A DNA stretch of 49,014 nucleotides, taken from assembly GCA_029838215.1 (NCBI GenBank), contig JALGVI010000009.1, positions 1 through 49,014 on the forward strand, written 5' to 3'. The notes under the pieces are model-generated. The model had not been told where the DNA came from. It did no database searches and was given only the letters and a program-made list of their open reading frames with translations. The DNA is from Candidatus Helarchaeota archaeon. GTDB taxonomy: Archaea > Asgardarchaeota > Lokiarchaeia > Helarchaeales > RDOG01. Both the position numbers and the translations under genes were made by a program. Below are positions 27,556-37,304 of this stretch, in pieces (within the stretch, counting starts at the first letter, position 1; every line of letters begins with the position of its first letter).

Positions 27556-27951
27556 ATGAGCGGCCGATTTAAAATTCGCATTCCCGAACGTGATCTTGAA
27601 GTAATGGCAGAGTTCACGGATGAATCACCAAATACGGCGAAAAAGATCAAAGAAATTTTGCCAATTCACGGAAAAGTGAGTCGATGGGGAGAGGAAATTT
27701 ATTTTAAGATTCCAAACCTGCCTGAGAATTTACCATTAGAGGCAAATGCCCGTGCAGATGTAAAAATCGGAGAAATAGGGTTTTGGGATGGAATGAGTGG
27801 TTGTTTTTGCGTGTTTTTTGGGAAGACACCAGCAAGTTCAGGAGAAGATCCCGTGGCAGCTTCCGATGTCAACATTTTTGCTTGCGTGGTTGAAGGAGAT
27901 CCAAAAAAACTTTCCGGAGCACGAGATGGAGACGACATCATCATTGAATGA
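27556..27951 (+). CDS. Cyclophilin-like fold protein (DUF369-type)
   Basis: P.TA..I...LPI.G.V.RWGEEIYF, G.IGFW......CVFFG.TP.S, ASDVN. Confidence 0.85.
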   Translation: MSGRFKIRIPERDLEVMAEFTDESPNTAKKIKEILPIHGKVSRWGEEIYFKIPNLPENLPLEANARADVKIGEIGFWDGMSGCFCVFFGKTPASSGEDPVAASDVNIFACVVEGDPKKLSGARDGDDIIIE

Positions 27952-28152
27952 TGAAAAAAGAAGATTTAAAACATGAAAATTTAAATTGCAGACGACTTGC
28001 ATGAATTTGCTCAAGATTGAACAAAAGACTACAAGAATAAACCAAGAGCTCGATCTAGCTCCTTTTAAAGCTTTGTAAATATTTATAACCAAGTAACTCG
28101 CATCATACACATCTCTCATTTCTATAATGAGACAACAAAAAGGGACCTGTCG

Positions 28153-29499
28153 ATGAGACAAATTCAACTCACAATTCCCAATGAAAAGCTTCAAAGTATC
28201 ATCAACGTGTTGGTGATGGACTTTAAGTTGAAGGGAATTCACACCTTATCGGGAGAAACCGACTCCTTGATCATCATCCGTTCTAGCGTGTCTAGGGTGG
28301 ATGAAATAGTTGAACATTTGAATAACATAGGAGTTGGAATCACGTATGGAATCATTGACATTCTGGACCTCAAGGCGACCATCCCTCCTTTAGGTGAAAT
28401 TGAGCGAGTTGTTCCCGATCGCGTGACAACTAAAACCGCAATCGAAGAAATTTATAATGAAATCATGAGGAATGCACGAATTTCCATTAATTTTATTGTT
28501 TTTAATCTTCTGGCAGCCATCGTGGCGGGATTGGGAATCATCACGAATAATCTGGTTACGATCGTAGCTTCGATGATCCTTTCCACGTTCATGGGCCCCA
28601 TGCTTGGTTATTCATACGGTTACGTCATTAAAGATAAAGATTTAAGAAAAGAATCCAGCAGAGCTCAGATAATCGGCTTTCTCATGTGTTGGATCACGGG
28701 ACTGGTAATTGGAGTTCTGTACTTCCCTTACAATACAATTTTAAAATCAATGGCACTGAATTTACCTATGGATACTTTATATGGAATTACGGGATTTGAA
28801 CCCATCATAATAATCACGTCAATCGTGATTGCAACATGTTCCGGAATCGCTGTTGGTTTCTCACTCACGGTGGGTTCTTCCGCAGTGGCTCTCGTTGGCA
28901 TCGCAATTGCTGCAACATTGGTGCCTGCCATTGTTAAATCGGGATTGAGCATTTCGATAAGTTTGGGAAGCCTTCTGACGGGTAACATTCCATTTTTCTC
29001 GTGGGAAATGTCCATTGCTCTAGGAAGCCTGACGGTTTTTGGCATTAACCTATTTTGTATAATTGTAAGTTCCATCATAGTATTCCGGCTCAAAAAAGTT
29101 CGAGCGCCCATAAAAACATGGCTGGCGTGGCGTGGACCTAAACTTCCCAAAACGGAGACCCTCCAACCGGAAATCATAGAGGAACCACAAGGCGTTTTTG
29201 GAGGCTTCTGGAGACGGCTTAGGGGAGAAGGACGGCAAAAGGGCATCAAAAAACTTCCTGCACGGCGAAAAATCACAAAGGAAGAAATTAAAAAAGAAAT
29301 CGAAGAAGAACTTAAACGTGACATGACAGAGCGCGTGAAAAAGGAAATGAAGGAAGAATTGAAGCACGAATTGAAAGAAGTTGTCAAGGAAGAACTCCAA
29401 GATGAAGTAAAAGAAGTCGTGAAGGAGAAAGTCAAGGAGGGCATGAAGGAAGCGGTAAGAGATGTCATTAAAGATGAAAACAATGACAATAATGATTAA
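28153..29499 (+). CDS. DUF389/TIGR00341 membrane protein with repetitive charged C-terminal tail
   Basis: LAAIVA.LG, IVASMILS.FMGP, LVG.AIAA.LVP, IN...I; tail rich in KEE(L/V)KE. Confidence 0.85.
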   Translation: MRQIQLTIPNEKLQSIINVLVMDFKLKGIHTLSGETDSLIIIRSSVSRVDEIVEHLNNIGVGITYGIIDILDLKATIPPLGEIERVVPDRVTTKTAIEEIYNEIMRNARISINFIVFNLLAAIVAGLGIITNNLVTIVASMILSTFMGPMLGYSYGYVIKDKDLRKESSRAQIIGFLMCWITGLVIGVLYFPYNTILKSMALNLPMDTLYGITGFEPIIIITSIVIATCSGIAVGFSLTVGSSAVALVGIAIAATLVPAIVKSGLSISISLGSLLTGNIPFFSWEMSIALGSLTVFGINLFCIIVSSIIVFRLKKVRAPIKTWLAWRGPKLPKTETLQPEIIEEPQGVFGGFWRRLRGEGRQKGIKKLPARRKITKEEIKKEIEEELKRDMTERVKKEMKEELKHELKEVVKEELQDEVKEVVKEKVKEGMKEAVRDVIKDENNDNND

Positions 29500-29546
29500 A
29501 AAAATAATTCATGACGCTATAATTCCTTAGAAAATTCCATTCATAA

Positions 29547-30695
29547 TTACATGTTAACGCCAAAGATTTGCATTCCGAGGATTATACCACCGTATAGAAA
29601 ATAATTTGAGATAAAAAGAGTAATTGTTCCAAATAAAAGAGCACAATATGTCAAGAGATCCTTGGGAGGGCTAATCTTAAAAATCTTCTTTTCGTTCGGA
29701 CTTGACACCTCTGCTTCCGGTTCAATTGCAACCTGAAAGACTTTTAAGTTCAAGATGATCAAGGTCGTCCCGAGACTCATTATGCGAATGGCATTTAACG
29801 CGTTTAGCCAATTAAAAATGAGGATGAAATTTAAGATTCCGATAAACGCCAAATCTTGGTTTTTTCGATAGTACAATGAAAAGCCAATTAGAAAAAAGAA
29901 AAAAATGGTAAATGTCCATAAAGCGATCCCATCGATGATGAAGCGTGAACCAAACAGAAGACCAATAAAATATCCGCCGACAACCATTTCCCGCATGTTT
30001 ATTCCTTGTTGAGTGAGAGTAATGAAGAAATCACCCGTGAGAAAGGCAAAATAAGCATAGTGAATGACTAGAAAAATGCCTCCTTGGATGTACCAAAGCC
30101 ATTGAACCCAGCGTCTTCTTGCAAGCATGATCAGGGCATATGCAACGGGAAAAATGATCCCTATAACGTGGGTTATTGCCGTCAATCCGATTAATAGCCC
30201 AGCCACATGGTGAAAGTCTCGACGATAACAATAGTAACCTGCGGTGGTCAATAAGACCATTAATGAAATTAGTCCGTTCGTGGAACCAAACAGAACAAAT
30301 ACATTAAATGCACCCATGAAGCCAATGAATAATATGGGGCGAAATTTTTCATTGATACCCTCTAATTCGCAGATCTTGAGGAATACTGCACCTGATGCAG
30401 CCCAACAAAGCATGCTCGTTATGTATGAACTAACTACCATATTTGGTGGGAAAACAACTCGCATGACGAGAGGAAAAAAAATCAAGTGGGTGAAGTAACC
30501 GTACTGAAAAGAAGACCAAACGGCAGGATCCAGATATAGAGTCGTTGCAATTGATATGTAATGAGTAATGTCAAAACTGTACAATAATGGTCTCATAAAA
30601 ATAAGGTGATTGATCAAGATGAGGACGATGTTCGTGATCATTATTAGAATGATCAAGGAAAAGTATACAAGCCAATCTATCTTATTTAATTTCAA
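29547..30695 (-). CDS. Polytopic GT-C fold membrane protein, PIG-V/GT76 mannosyltransferase-like
   Basis: D..HY.SIA after TM1 (FDITHYISIA), FFPL, about 10 hydrophobic segments; paralogue of 30716..31882. Confidence 0.6.
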   Translation of the reverse strand: MKLNKIDWLVYFSLIILIMITNIVLILINHLIFMRPLLYSFDITHYISIATTLYLDPAVWSSFQYGYFTHLIFFPLVMRVVFPPNMVVSSYITSMLCWAASGAVFLKICELEGINEKFRPILFIGFMGAFNVFVLFGSTNGLISLMVLLTTAGYYCYRRDFHHVAGLLIGLTAITHVIGIIFPVAYALIMLARRRWVQWLWYIQGGIFLVIHYAYFAFLTGDFFITLTQQGINMREMVVGGYFIGLLFGSRFIIDGIALWTFTIFFFFLIGFSLYYRKNQDLAFIGILNFILIFNWLNALNAIRIMSLGTTLIILNLKVFQVAIEPEAEVSSPNEKKIFKISPPKDLLTYCALLFGTITLFISNYFLYGGIILGMQIFGVNM

Positions 30696-30715
30696 AACGA
30701 CATCGCCTTATTTTC

Positions 30716-31882
30716 TCAAATTATATTCAAGAAATCCAATAGATTTAATGCAACGATTGTATAAGAATATGAAATATATTGTTGGATGCAGAGTCCGACA
30801 CAAAATCCAATCAATAACCCAAGTTTAAGTTTATTTTTTGAATCGAATAATGATTGTAAATCTTGGTTCAAGTTTAATAAAAGCACGCTCATTGGAATGG
30901 AAAGTAGGCGAATTGCACTCTGTGTCCACGTCCAATGTACTAAAAACGCAAAAAATCCCAAGGTAACGAATGTGAAGTCAAGGTCCTGCTTTTGCTTTAC
31001 TGCGACGTAAACAGAGTAGCAAAAGATAATGAGGAAAACCGTGCTATAGAAAATGTAATCCGGAAGTTGAAATCGAAATGGGGGAACAAATGGATAAACA
31101 TCTGCAAAAATCGGCATGAATGGATAACCCAAGAAAAAACCAAATGGGAAAAATCGGCGTACAGTTATGTCAGAACTGAAAAAAAACGCCAAGAAATACA
31201 AGGGATTGAATGCACCCGTCACGACTGTTATTGCCCAAAGGAAATAAAAGAAATTAACACTCAAGAAAAGGGGAATGAAACAAAGATAATAAAGCGATTG
31301 CCAGTATTTCTTTTTCCACAACATCAGCAACCAAAACAACGGACAGAACATCGCACCAATTACATGCGTCATTGCCATTAGACCGAAAAAAATGCTTGAA
31401 TACAAGTATTGCTCGCGTGAGTAGAAGAAGTAACCCAGCAAGGATAGGAAAAGTAGCATCGAAATGCCACCATTTGAGCTCCCAAAAATAACATATATGT
31501 TATAAACACCTGCAAAGATGAGAATCAGTAGAGAAAGTACGTTTTCAGAAATTTCCTTGAGTTTTCCAATTTTTAGGAACACGTAGAGGCTCAGAGAGTA
31601 AAAAACAAAAGAAATAATTATCATTCCTAATTCAAGGTTGAAGGGAAATAATAAACGAACTAAAAATGGATATGGGAAAAAATGCCCAAAGTATCCAAAG
31701 GAGAAATCATCCCATACACTAGGATCGAGATAGAGAGTTTTAGCAATCGACAAGTAATGATCGGCATCAATTTGATATAAAAACCATTTATGAAAAAAAA
31801 TGAGGTTAATCAGAACGATCATGAGATTTACGATGAACGTGCCGATGATGATACCGATAAAAACTTTCAGAGTTTTTTTCAA
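30716..31882 (-). CDS. Polytopic GT-C fold membrane protein, PIG-V/GT76 mannosyltransferase-like
   Basis: IDADHYLSIA, FFPYP.LVRLL, GL.A.TH..G; tandem paralogue sharing SIA.TLYLDP.VW..F..GY with the next gene. Confidence 0.62.
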   Translation of the reverse strand: MKKTLKVFIGIIIGTFIVNLMIVLINLIFFHKWFLYQIDADHYLSIAKTLYLDPSVWDDFSFGYFGHFFPYPFLVRLLFPFNLELGMIIISFVFYSLSLYVFLKIGKLKEISENVLSLLILIFAGVYNIYVIFGSSNGGISMLLFLSLLGYFFYSREQYLYSSIFFGLMAMTHVIGAMFCPLFWLLMLWKKKYWQSLYYLCFIPLFLSVNFFYFLWAITVVTGAFNPLYFLAFFFSSDITVRRFFPFGFFLGYPFMPIFADVYPFVPPFRFQLPDYIFYSTVFLIIFCYSVYVAVKQKQDLDFTFVTLGFFAFLVHWTWTQSAIRLLSIPMSVLLLNLNQDLQSLFDSKNKLKLGLLIGFCVGLCIQQYISYSYTIVALNLLDFLNII

Positions 31883-31899
31883 TTTAGGTAATTACTCCT

Positions 31900-33210
31900 T
31901 TAAACATCAATCCCGAGTGCATGAGTTAGATCGCGGAAGAAAATTATTGTTGCAGACGTGGTAACGGTATAAAAACACATTAAAAGCACGCACAATATTA
32001 TTCCCACGATAGAAGGAATCATCCAATAACTCAGGAATTTCTTTTCGAATAATAGCTTTAAAATGACAATTATCCCGACACAACACCCAATGAGATAGGA
32101 ATAAATGTAGTATTGCATCGCCTTTGCTGCAGGGATACCATAAGACCACGTAACGATAGCACTTGCCCCGAAAGGCGTGATCTCCATTGCCATTCCATTG
32201 AAGGCATTCCCGATCAAGATATTACCATTATCAAGTATTTTGGTTTCATAAGGAGAAATTAGATCATACGTGAATTGCCAAATTATTTGTTTTGCACGAG
32301 TAACCTTAAAGATACGACCATTTAGGGAATCAGTCACGATAAATGCCTGCCCACCGTCAACTTCATTTATATCTCTTGGCCACCGTAATCCTCCAGAATA
32401 TGACCATACGATTTGTTTATACGGTGAAAGAGGAGTTCCAGATGAATAGTCCAATTCAAGAAGACGTGCATTTTCAGAATCACTCACGACAATATTACCG
32501 CTATCCAGATAGTCGGGATTATGCTGGTGGTTCAATAACGTGTAGTTATCACGTTCGCCATAAAGCCAGACAATATTCGAAGCATTCCCCCAATTTCCTT
32601 GACCGGCAGCAATTTCTGCTGTATAATTGATTTCAACGATGGTGTCAAAGTTCCGAAGCGAGATCAAGCACGCTTCAAATGATGAATTATACTTTTTATA
32701 ATCCACATCGTTTAAATGGCTCCAATCCCACGGTGTTGGATTCATGTACCAAGAATTCTCGTCCCACTCGGGATTGATTTCGGTCCAATTAACATCATGA
32801 GGATTCCATTCCCATTCTATCTGGTTTGTCTGTGGATTTACCTCAATCATGCGATCATTTATCGTATCTGCAATCCAAATATTACCATTTGGGATCTTGA
32901 TGGCTTCATGCGGAAAAACGACATCCGAGAAGCTCCAAACAATTTGACCTTGTGGAGTCACTTCAATTACGGCATGTTCACCAAGTAAGATGGGCTGACT
33001 TCGATTTTCAATAAGTCCCTTCTGATATTTTGCAATAAAAGAAGTCTTGGAATAACAAAGCAACGTGTTGCCATTGTCAAGACGCGTCACGCCCATCACG
33101 TGTAAATTATCCGTCACTTCTAGTGCAAGCTGCAAGGCAATAACCGTCGTGAATAACATGCCGACCATTATACCTCCTAAAATGAACACGAGTTTTATCT
33201 TTTTTCTCAT
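31900..33210 (-). CDS. Membrane-anchored arylsulfotransferase (ASST)-like beta-propeller
   Basis: PHEA, WSHLNDVD, LISLRN, HQHNPD and WPRD motifs; N-terminal hydrophobic anchor and two C-terminal TM helices. Start is ATG 33210. Confidence 0.75.
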   Translation of the reverse strand: MRKKIKLVFILGGIMVGMLFTTVIALQLALEVTDNLHVMGVTRLDNGNTLLCYSKTSFIAKYQKGLIENRSQPILLGEHAVIEVTPQGQIVWSFSDVVFPHEAIKIPNGNIWIADTINDRMIEVNPQTNQIEWEWNPHDVNWTEINPEWDENSWYMNPTPWDWSHLNDVDYKKYNSSFEACLISLRNFDTIVEINYTAEIAAGQGNWGNASNIVWLYGERDNYTLLNHQHNPDYLDSGNIVVSDSENARLLELDYSSGTPLSPYKQIVWSYSGGLRWPRDINEVDGGQAFIVTDSLNGRIFKVTRAKQIIWQFTYDLISPYETKILDNGNILIGNAFNGMAMEITPFGASAIVTWSYGIPAAKAMQYYIYSYLIGCCVGIIVILKLLFEKKFLSYWMIPSIVGIILCVLLMCFYTVTTSATIIFFRDLTHALGIDV

Positions 33211-33302
33211 CGACCTCAATTCCTAACTCAAAAATCGGTTTTAAAATCTAAAAGACAACTTCTTTTAAGAAACTTTCGTTCAGATCTGTCAAAGAATTGA
33301 TA

Positions 33303-34922
33303 TTACAAGCTTTCTAGTGCTTCAAAGTGAGATCGAAAGATGTTCAATTGCTTGAGTTCCCACGCGTTCCGTTTTCGGTCCCAAGGAGATAGAAAGCCAG
33401 ATACTTCATGATATTCCATTAAAAAATTCTTGGCATCGTCATACTTGAGAGAAATCAAGCTTGCAGCGACACTTCGAAGTTTCTCCAATATTAATTTTTG
33501 CTGAGGAGGGAGTTTATTTTCTCCATCTTTCAATAACATTAATCCTTTTTGCTTAAAGAAATCATTTGCTTCTTTTATTTGATATTCATACAGAAGACTT
33601 AGAGTTTTTAAGAGAAGTGCGTGTCCTTTAATAAATGCATCGTTGGATTTTAACGCTCTATCGAGGTGGATACGAGACTGAGAAAACCTATTTTGGAAAA
33701 ATAGCAATTCACCCATTAGATATTGGATCCTTGAATCTTCGATAAATGGAAATTTTTGCCAGAACCGCTTGCATGTTTCTTCAGCTTCAATATAGCGCGT
33801 TGATAACTCAGAAAAGCGAACTAGAAACTCTGTTATTTGTTTGGCGAGTAGGACTTTTGTTGGAAATCGTTTTTTCCAGACTTTCACCATGTCTTTAACG
33901 ACATCAATAACCGGTTTTGTTTCTTTCATGAAGCGGCAGATATTAATTAGGACCAGAGCGATGGGAATCCTGTTGATTTTTTTGCTATTTTTAAATATTT
34001 GAATTATGTCTTCTTGTTGAACCACAAGAGAATTACCTTCGGTTTCACTTAGACGCACGAGGATTGCTATTGCCAGTTCATCAGGTTGTTTTTCTCGTTG
34101 CAAGATCGATATTAATGGCTTGATAATGGGGAGCAAGTAATGAGTTTTTGATTCGGAGTATTCAAGCAGAAATAACCAAAGAAAGTGTCTGACGGGAGGA
34201 TTGGTCCTTTTCAAATGTTTTGACAATTCAATTACTAGTTTATCCTGTTGTTTTTGAATCAATACGTGCATCAATTCGGTGATTTTAGGTTGTAACGGTC
34301 GGATAGAAAGTAAATTTATGAGGCTGGTGATGATATCGCTCAGATATTTCTGGCTTTCTTCGGACTTGCGAACGAGGAATTCCACGGCTTCAAGCTGAAG
34401 TTGCCGATTTTTCTCGGATAAAAAATTTACAAATTTCTCGATCTCATCTTCTTTTGGTCGGAATGACTTCGATAATTTCTTGAGTGCAGATAAAACGACC
34501 ATTCGCACTTCATCATCACTCTCATCCAATAACGGCATGAGAGCAGGCACGACTCGTGCTACAGCTTTAACATTAATGCCCGCCAAGTATTCAATCACAC
34601 GTGCAGCTCGAAATCGTATCTTTTTCTTTTTATGCTGGAGAAAATTGCTGAACAACGGGACTTCGTAAATGAGCAAATCCGGCTGAAATTCCTTAATTCC
34701 TAAAATGAAATATAAGCCGTTTTCAATGACTTTTTCATCATCAGTCTTCAATCTTTCAAGAACATCAAGAACTGTCAGTGTCTTGTATTGTTGGTGCTGG
34801 AAGCTCATGTCATACAAAAAAGCGGCTTCCATTAACGCTTTAATCTTGCCTTGTTTAGCCGCATGTATGAAACGAGCAAACTCAATACTTGGATAACTTA
34901 TTTTTGCTTTATTCTTCGTCAT
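33303..34922 (-). CDS. HEAT/ARM-repeat protein with C-terminal TPR-like helices
   Basis: IRFRAARVIEYL and VVPALMPLLDESDDEVRMVVLSAL HEAT units; YLMGELLFFQNRFSQS..HLDRAL is TPR-like. Confidence 0.7.
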   Translation of the reverse strand: MTKNKAKISYPSIEFARFIHAAKQGKIKALMEAAFLYDMSFQHQQYKTLTVLDVLERLKTDDEKVIENGLYFILGIKEFQPDLLIYEVPLFSNFLQHKKKKIRFRAARVIEYLAGINVKAVARVVPALMPLLDESDDEVRMVVLSALKKLSKSFRPKEDEIEKFVNFLSEKNRQLQLEAVEFLVRKSEESQKYLSDIITSLINLLSIRPLQPKITELMHVLIQKQQDKLVIELSKHLKRTNPPVRHFLWLFLLEYSESKTHYLLPIIKPLISILQREKQPDELAIAILVRLSETEGNSLVVQQEDIIQIFKNSKKINRIPIALVLINICRFMKETKPVIDVVKDMVKVWKKRFPTKVLLAKQITEFLVRFSELSTRYIEAEETCKRFWQKFPFIEDSRIQYLMGELLFFQNRFSQSRIHLDRALKSNDAFIKGHALLLKTLSLLYEYQIKEANDFFKQKGLMLLKDGENKLPPQQKLILEKLRSVAASLISLKYDDAKNFLMEYHEVSGFLSPWDRKRNAWELKQLNIFRSHFEALESL

Positions 34923-34950
34923 TTCAATTTCGCATCAAAAAAATAAAGGA

Positions 34951-36189
34951 TTATTCACCAATATTAATTGGATACGTTCCATATTTGCGTGTCGTTTCAA
35001 TCATTGCACGATAATTGACATATGAAACGGAAGGATTGATTGAATGCCCGGATGCAACGATCAATCCTCCGCCAGGAGCGCACTCTTTTATCAATCTCTT
35101 TACATATGCCTCGACTTTCTCAGGAGTTCCCTTTGCCAAGAGATGGATTGGATCCACGTTTCCAATTATCGTGATTTTGTCTCCGTAATCTTTCTTTACT
35201 TGAAAAGGATCCATGAAAGCAGCAGGTTCTAGAGGATTTAGACCATCAATTCCCGTGTCCACGACTTTATCCAGGATTTTATTTATGTTTCCACAAGTAT
35301 GGTGGATGACCTTTATTCCATTCTTGTGGCAAAAATTGACGAGGTCTTTCATTTTTGGATAAATCAACCTTGAATATTGTTTCGGACTTATGAAAGTGCC
35401 GGTTTTATAACCCTGGTCATCCCAAACCATTAGTAATTCCACGTCATATCGAGCTACAAGATTTTCGATGATGCCTTTCGAGAATTCGCCATTTTTTCTT
35501 GTTACTTCTTCGATGAAATCGGGATGTTCAAAAAGAAGCCTTGCATAATTCTCAAACCCGATTGATTGCCACGAGACTTCCATGAAACCGGTTAAACCGG
35601 GGATGACGTACGGTCCTTTATCACCTGCGAGTTTCACGGCTTCTTCATATGCATAGTATCTTGCTTTAATATCGGGATCTAACGGAGCCCATTTCTCATA
35701 TTTTGCCATCACTTCTTCTAAATCGCCTGTTTCTGATTCAAAAATGCCGCCAACGTAATTCATCAACCGCAAATCCGAGTCTTTAGATTCCCAAAAACTG
35801 AACATCCTGCCGAATTCATCAACCATGTTTGACCATTTTGGCGTGTTCAGGCCGGGTCGGGACATCCCAAATCCCGCACTTTTACCTAGAGGAAGCATGC
35901 AGGTGGGCATAGCCAACAAATCGGTTCCAATTGTTTGGAAAAGCTTGATAATCCGTTTTGAACTCAACCTGAAAGTCCCCCTTCGGTTAGCAAGGAATTT
36001 AATCCATTTTGAGTAAAACGGAACAAAACGGGCAAGTCTTAAAATGGTCACGAGGTCTCCTAACGAACCCGCAGATTCCTGATCATAGCCCTTAAGGACA
36101 TCAAGGCTATCTATTTGTGACGTGAATATCGGCACGCGATCAGGCTCTTCGTGGTTCATTGTCGTGAGAACGCGCTCTTTCGAGTTCAT
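34951..36189 (-). CDS. Uroporphyrinogen decarboxylase family / MtaA-CmuA-like protein
   Basis: MNSKERV...M.HEEPDRVP, VWDD.G, HTCG, D.LNPLEP, IGNVD, GGG.I..SGHSI. Confidence 0.88.
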   Translation of the reverse strand: MNSKERVLTTMNHEEPDRVPIFTSQIDSLDVLKGYDQESAGSLGDLVTILRLARFVPFYSKWIKFLANRRGTFRLSSKRIIKLFQTIGTDLLAMPTCMLPLGKSAGFGMSRPGLNTPKWSNMVDEFGRMFSFWESKDSDLRLMNYVGGIFESETGDLEEVMAKYEKWAPLDPDIKARYYAYEEAVKLAGDKGPYVIPGLTGFMEVSWQSIGFENYARLLFEHPDFIEEVTRKNGEFSKGIIENLVARYDVELLMVWDDQGYKTGTFISPKQYSRLIYPKMKDLVNFCHKNGIKVIHHTCGNINKILDKVVDTGIDGLNPLEPAAFMDPFQVKKDYGDKITIIGNVDPIHLLAKGTPEKVEAYVKRLIKECAPGGGLIVASGHSINPSVSYVNYRAMIETTRKYGTYPINIGE

Positions 36190-36266
36190 CTTAATCACTT
36201 CAAGTAAATCTTAAAAATCATCAGATCAATTTTCTCTCATTTAAAAATTCAGGAAATCATGCGATT

Positions 36267-36578
36267 TTAAACAAACGATACGACTTTATCATAATCATCC
36301 ATAATTAAATTAATAAATTCGTTGTAGTCCACTAGCTCAATTTTGTCTCCAAATGCTTCTTCGATGCCTCTCAAAACGAAATCTCTAAAAATACCGAACA
36401 TTGGAATTTTTTTCTCTTGGAATTCCGAGATTTTGTCTTTATCAGGAGATAGCAGTGGAAGATAGGCACCGTTATGAATGAAAAGAATCCCAGGCTCATC
36501 ATGCTCCATGGTTTCTATGCATTTATAAGCCAATTCCTTGAAACCATTATCATCAATCATTACTAGTATCTTTGTCAT
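36267..36578 (-). CDS. DsrH/TusB-like sulfur-relay subunit
   Basis: ILFIHNGAY, D..LRG, VDY.EF..L pattern; third gene of the dsrEFH-like triplet. Start is ATG 36578. Confidence 0.75.
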   Translation of the reverse strand: MTKILVMIDDNGFKELAYKCIETMEHDEPGILFIHNGAYLPLLSPDKDKISEFQEKKIPMFGIFRDFVLRGIEEAFGDKIELVDYNEFINLIMDDYDKVVSFV

Positions 36579-36588
36579 GTTTTCACCC

Positions 36589-36933
36589 TTAAAACCTGAT
36601 AGAAAAGTCAGCTTCATGGCATTTTCTTGCTAAATCCTGTCTTTCTAAAAAAACCAAGTTCTCAATAAAATCGCTTTTTTGTAGTTCCATTTCGTTAACA
36701 TCTTCAATGCAAACGTATCTTTTTACGTCCATTTCATCGAATAATTCGAAATAACTTTCAAACTTGCTTTTTTCGCAATCCTTCAACAAGTTTAGAATGC
36801 CTTTTCGTGCGAATATTATTTCAATTTTGAGGTCGCTGACAGTCAAGCCCGCAGCGGCTCGGATGCCTTCGTAGGAATACACATCACCATGAGGTGGGGA
36901 TGTTATCAAAAAGATTATTGACTTACTCGTCAT
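36589..36933 (-). CDS. DsrF/TusC-like sulfur-relay subunit
   Basis: I.FLITSPPHG....EGIRAAAGL, IF..KG...L; middle gene of the triplet. Confidence 0.8.
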   Translation of the reverse strand: MTSKSIIFLITSPPHGDVYSYEGIRAAAGLTVSDLKIEIIFARKGILNLLKDCEKSKFESYFELFDEMDVKRYVCIEDVNEMELQKSDFIENLVFLERQDLARKCHEADFSIRF

Positions 36934-36942
36934 TTAAACACT

Positions 36943-37293
36943 TCACAAGCTAATGATTCGGTCAGCCTCTTCAAGAGGTAGGGCAAGACCCGAATAAATA
37001 CCGCCAATTTTTACACCTTCAATCAAGTCATCCTTAGATAATCCGCGTGTTTTCACGCATTCACTGCAAAGAGATATCACTGCACCATTTTTAATTAATT
37101 CTGCAAACAATTGAGAGAAAGTCTTTCCTTTTTCCAAGTGTTGTTCTCGAAAAGGTCCGTATACACCATCCATGTACATGAAAATGCTGACTTCATGACC
37201 TTCTTGTAGAGCAGCCGTTGCCATGTTAATTAACGTGCTTGTTTTTTCATGTTGATATGGAGTTTCCTTGCTTATGAATACAATCTTACCCAT
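36943..37293 (-). CDS. DsrE/TusD-like sulfurtransferase subunit
   Basis: TPY, GHEVSIF.Y.DGVY, active-site-like CSECVKTRG, EADRIISL. Start is ATG 37293 after GGTGA. Confidence 0.88.
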   Translation of the reverse strand: MGKIVFISKETPYQHEKTSTLINMATAALQEGHEVSIFMYMDGVYGPFREQHLEKGKTFSQLFAELIKNGAVISLCSECVKTRGLSKDDLIEGVKIGGIYSGLALPLEEADRIISL

Positions 37294-37304
37294 TTTCATC
37301 ACCA

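Noticed and set aside
28728-29489. 253-aa minus-strand ORF
   Set aside because: An antisense artefact of the repetitive Glu/Lys/Val codons of the DUF389 tail.
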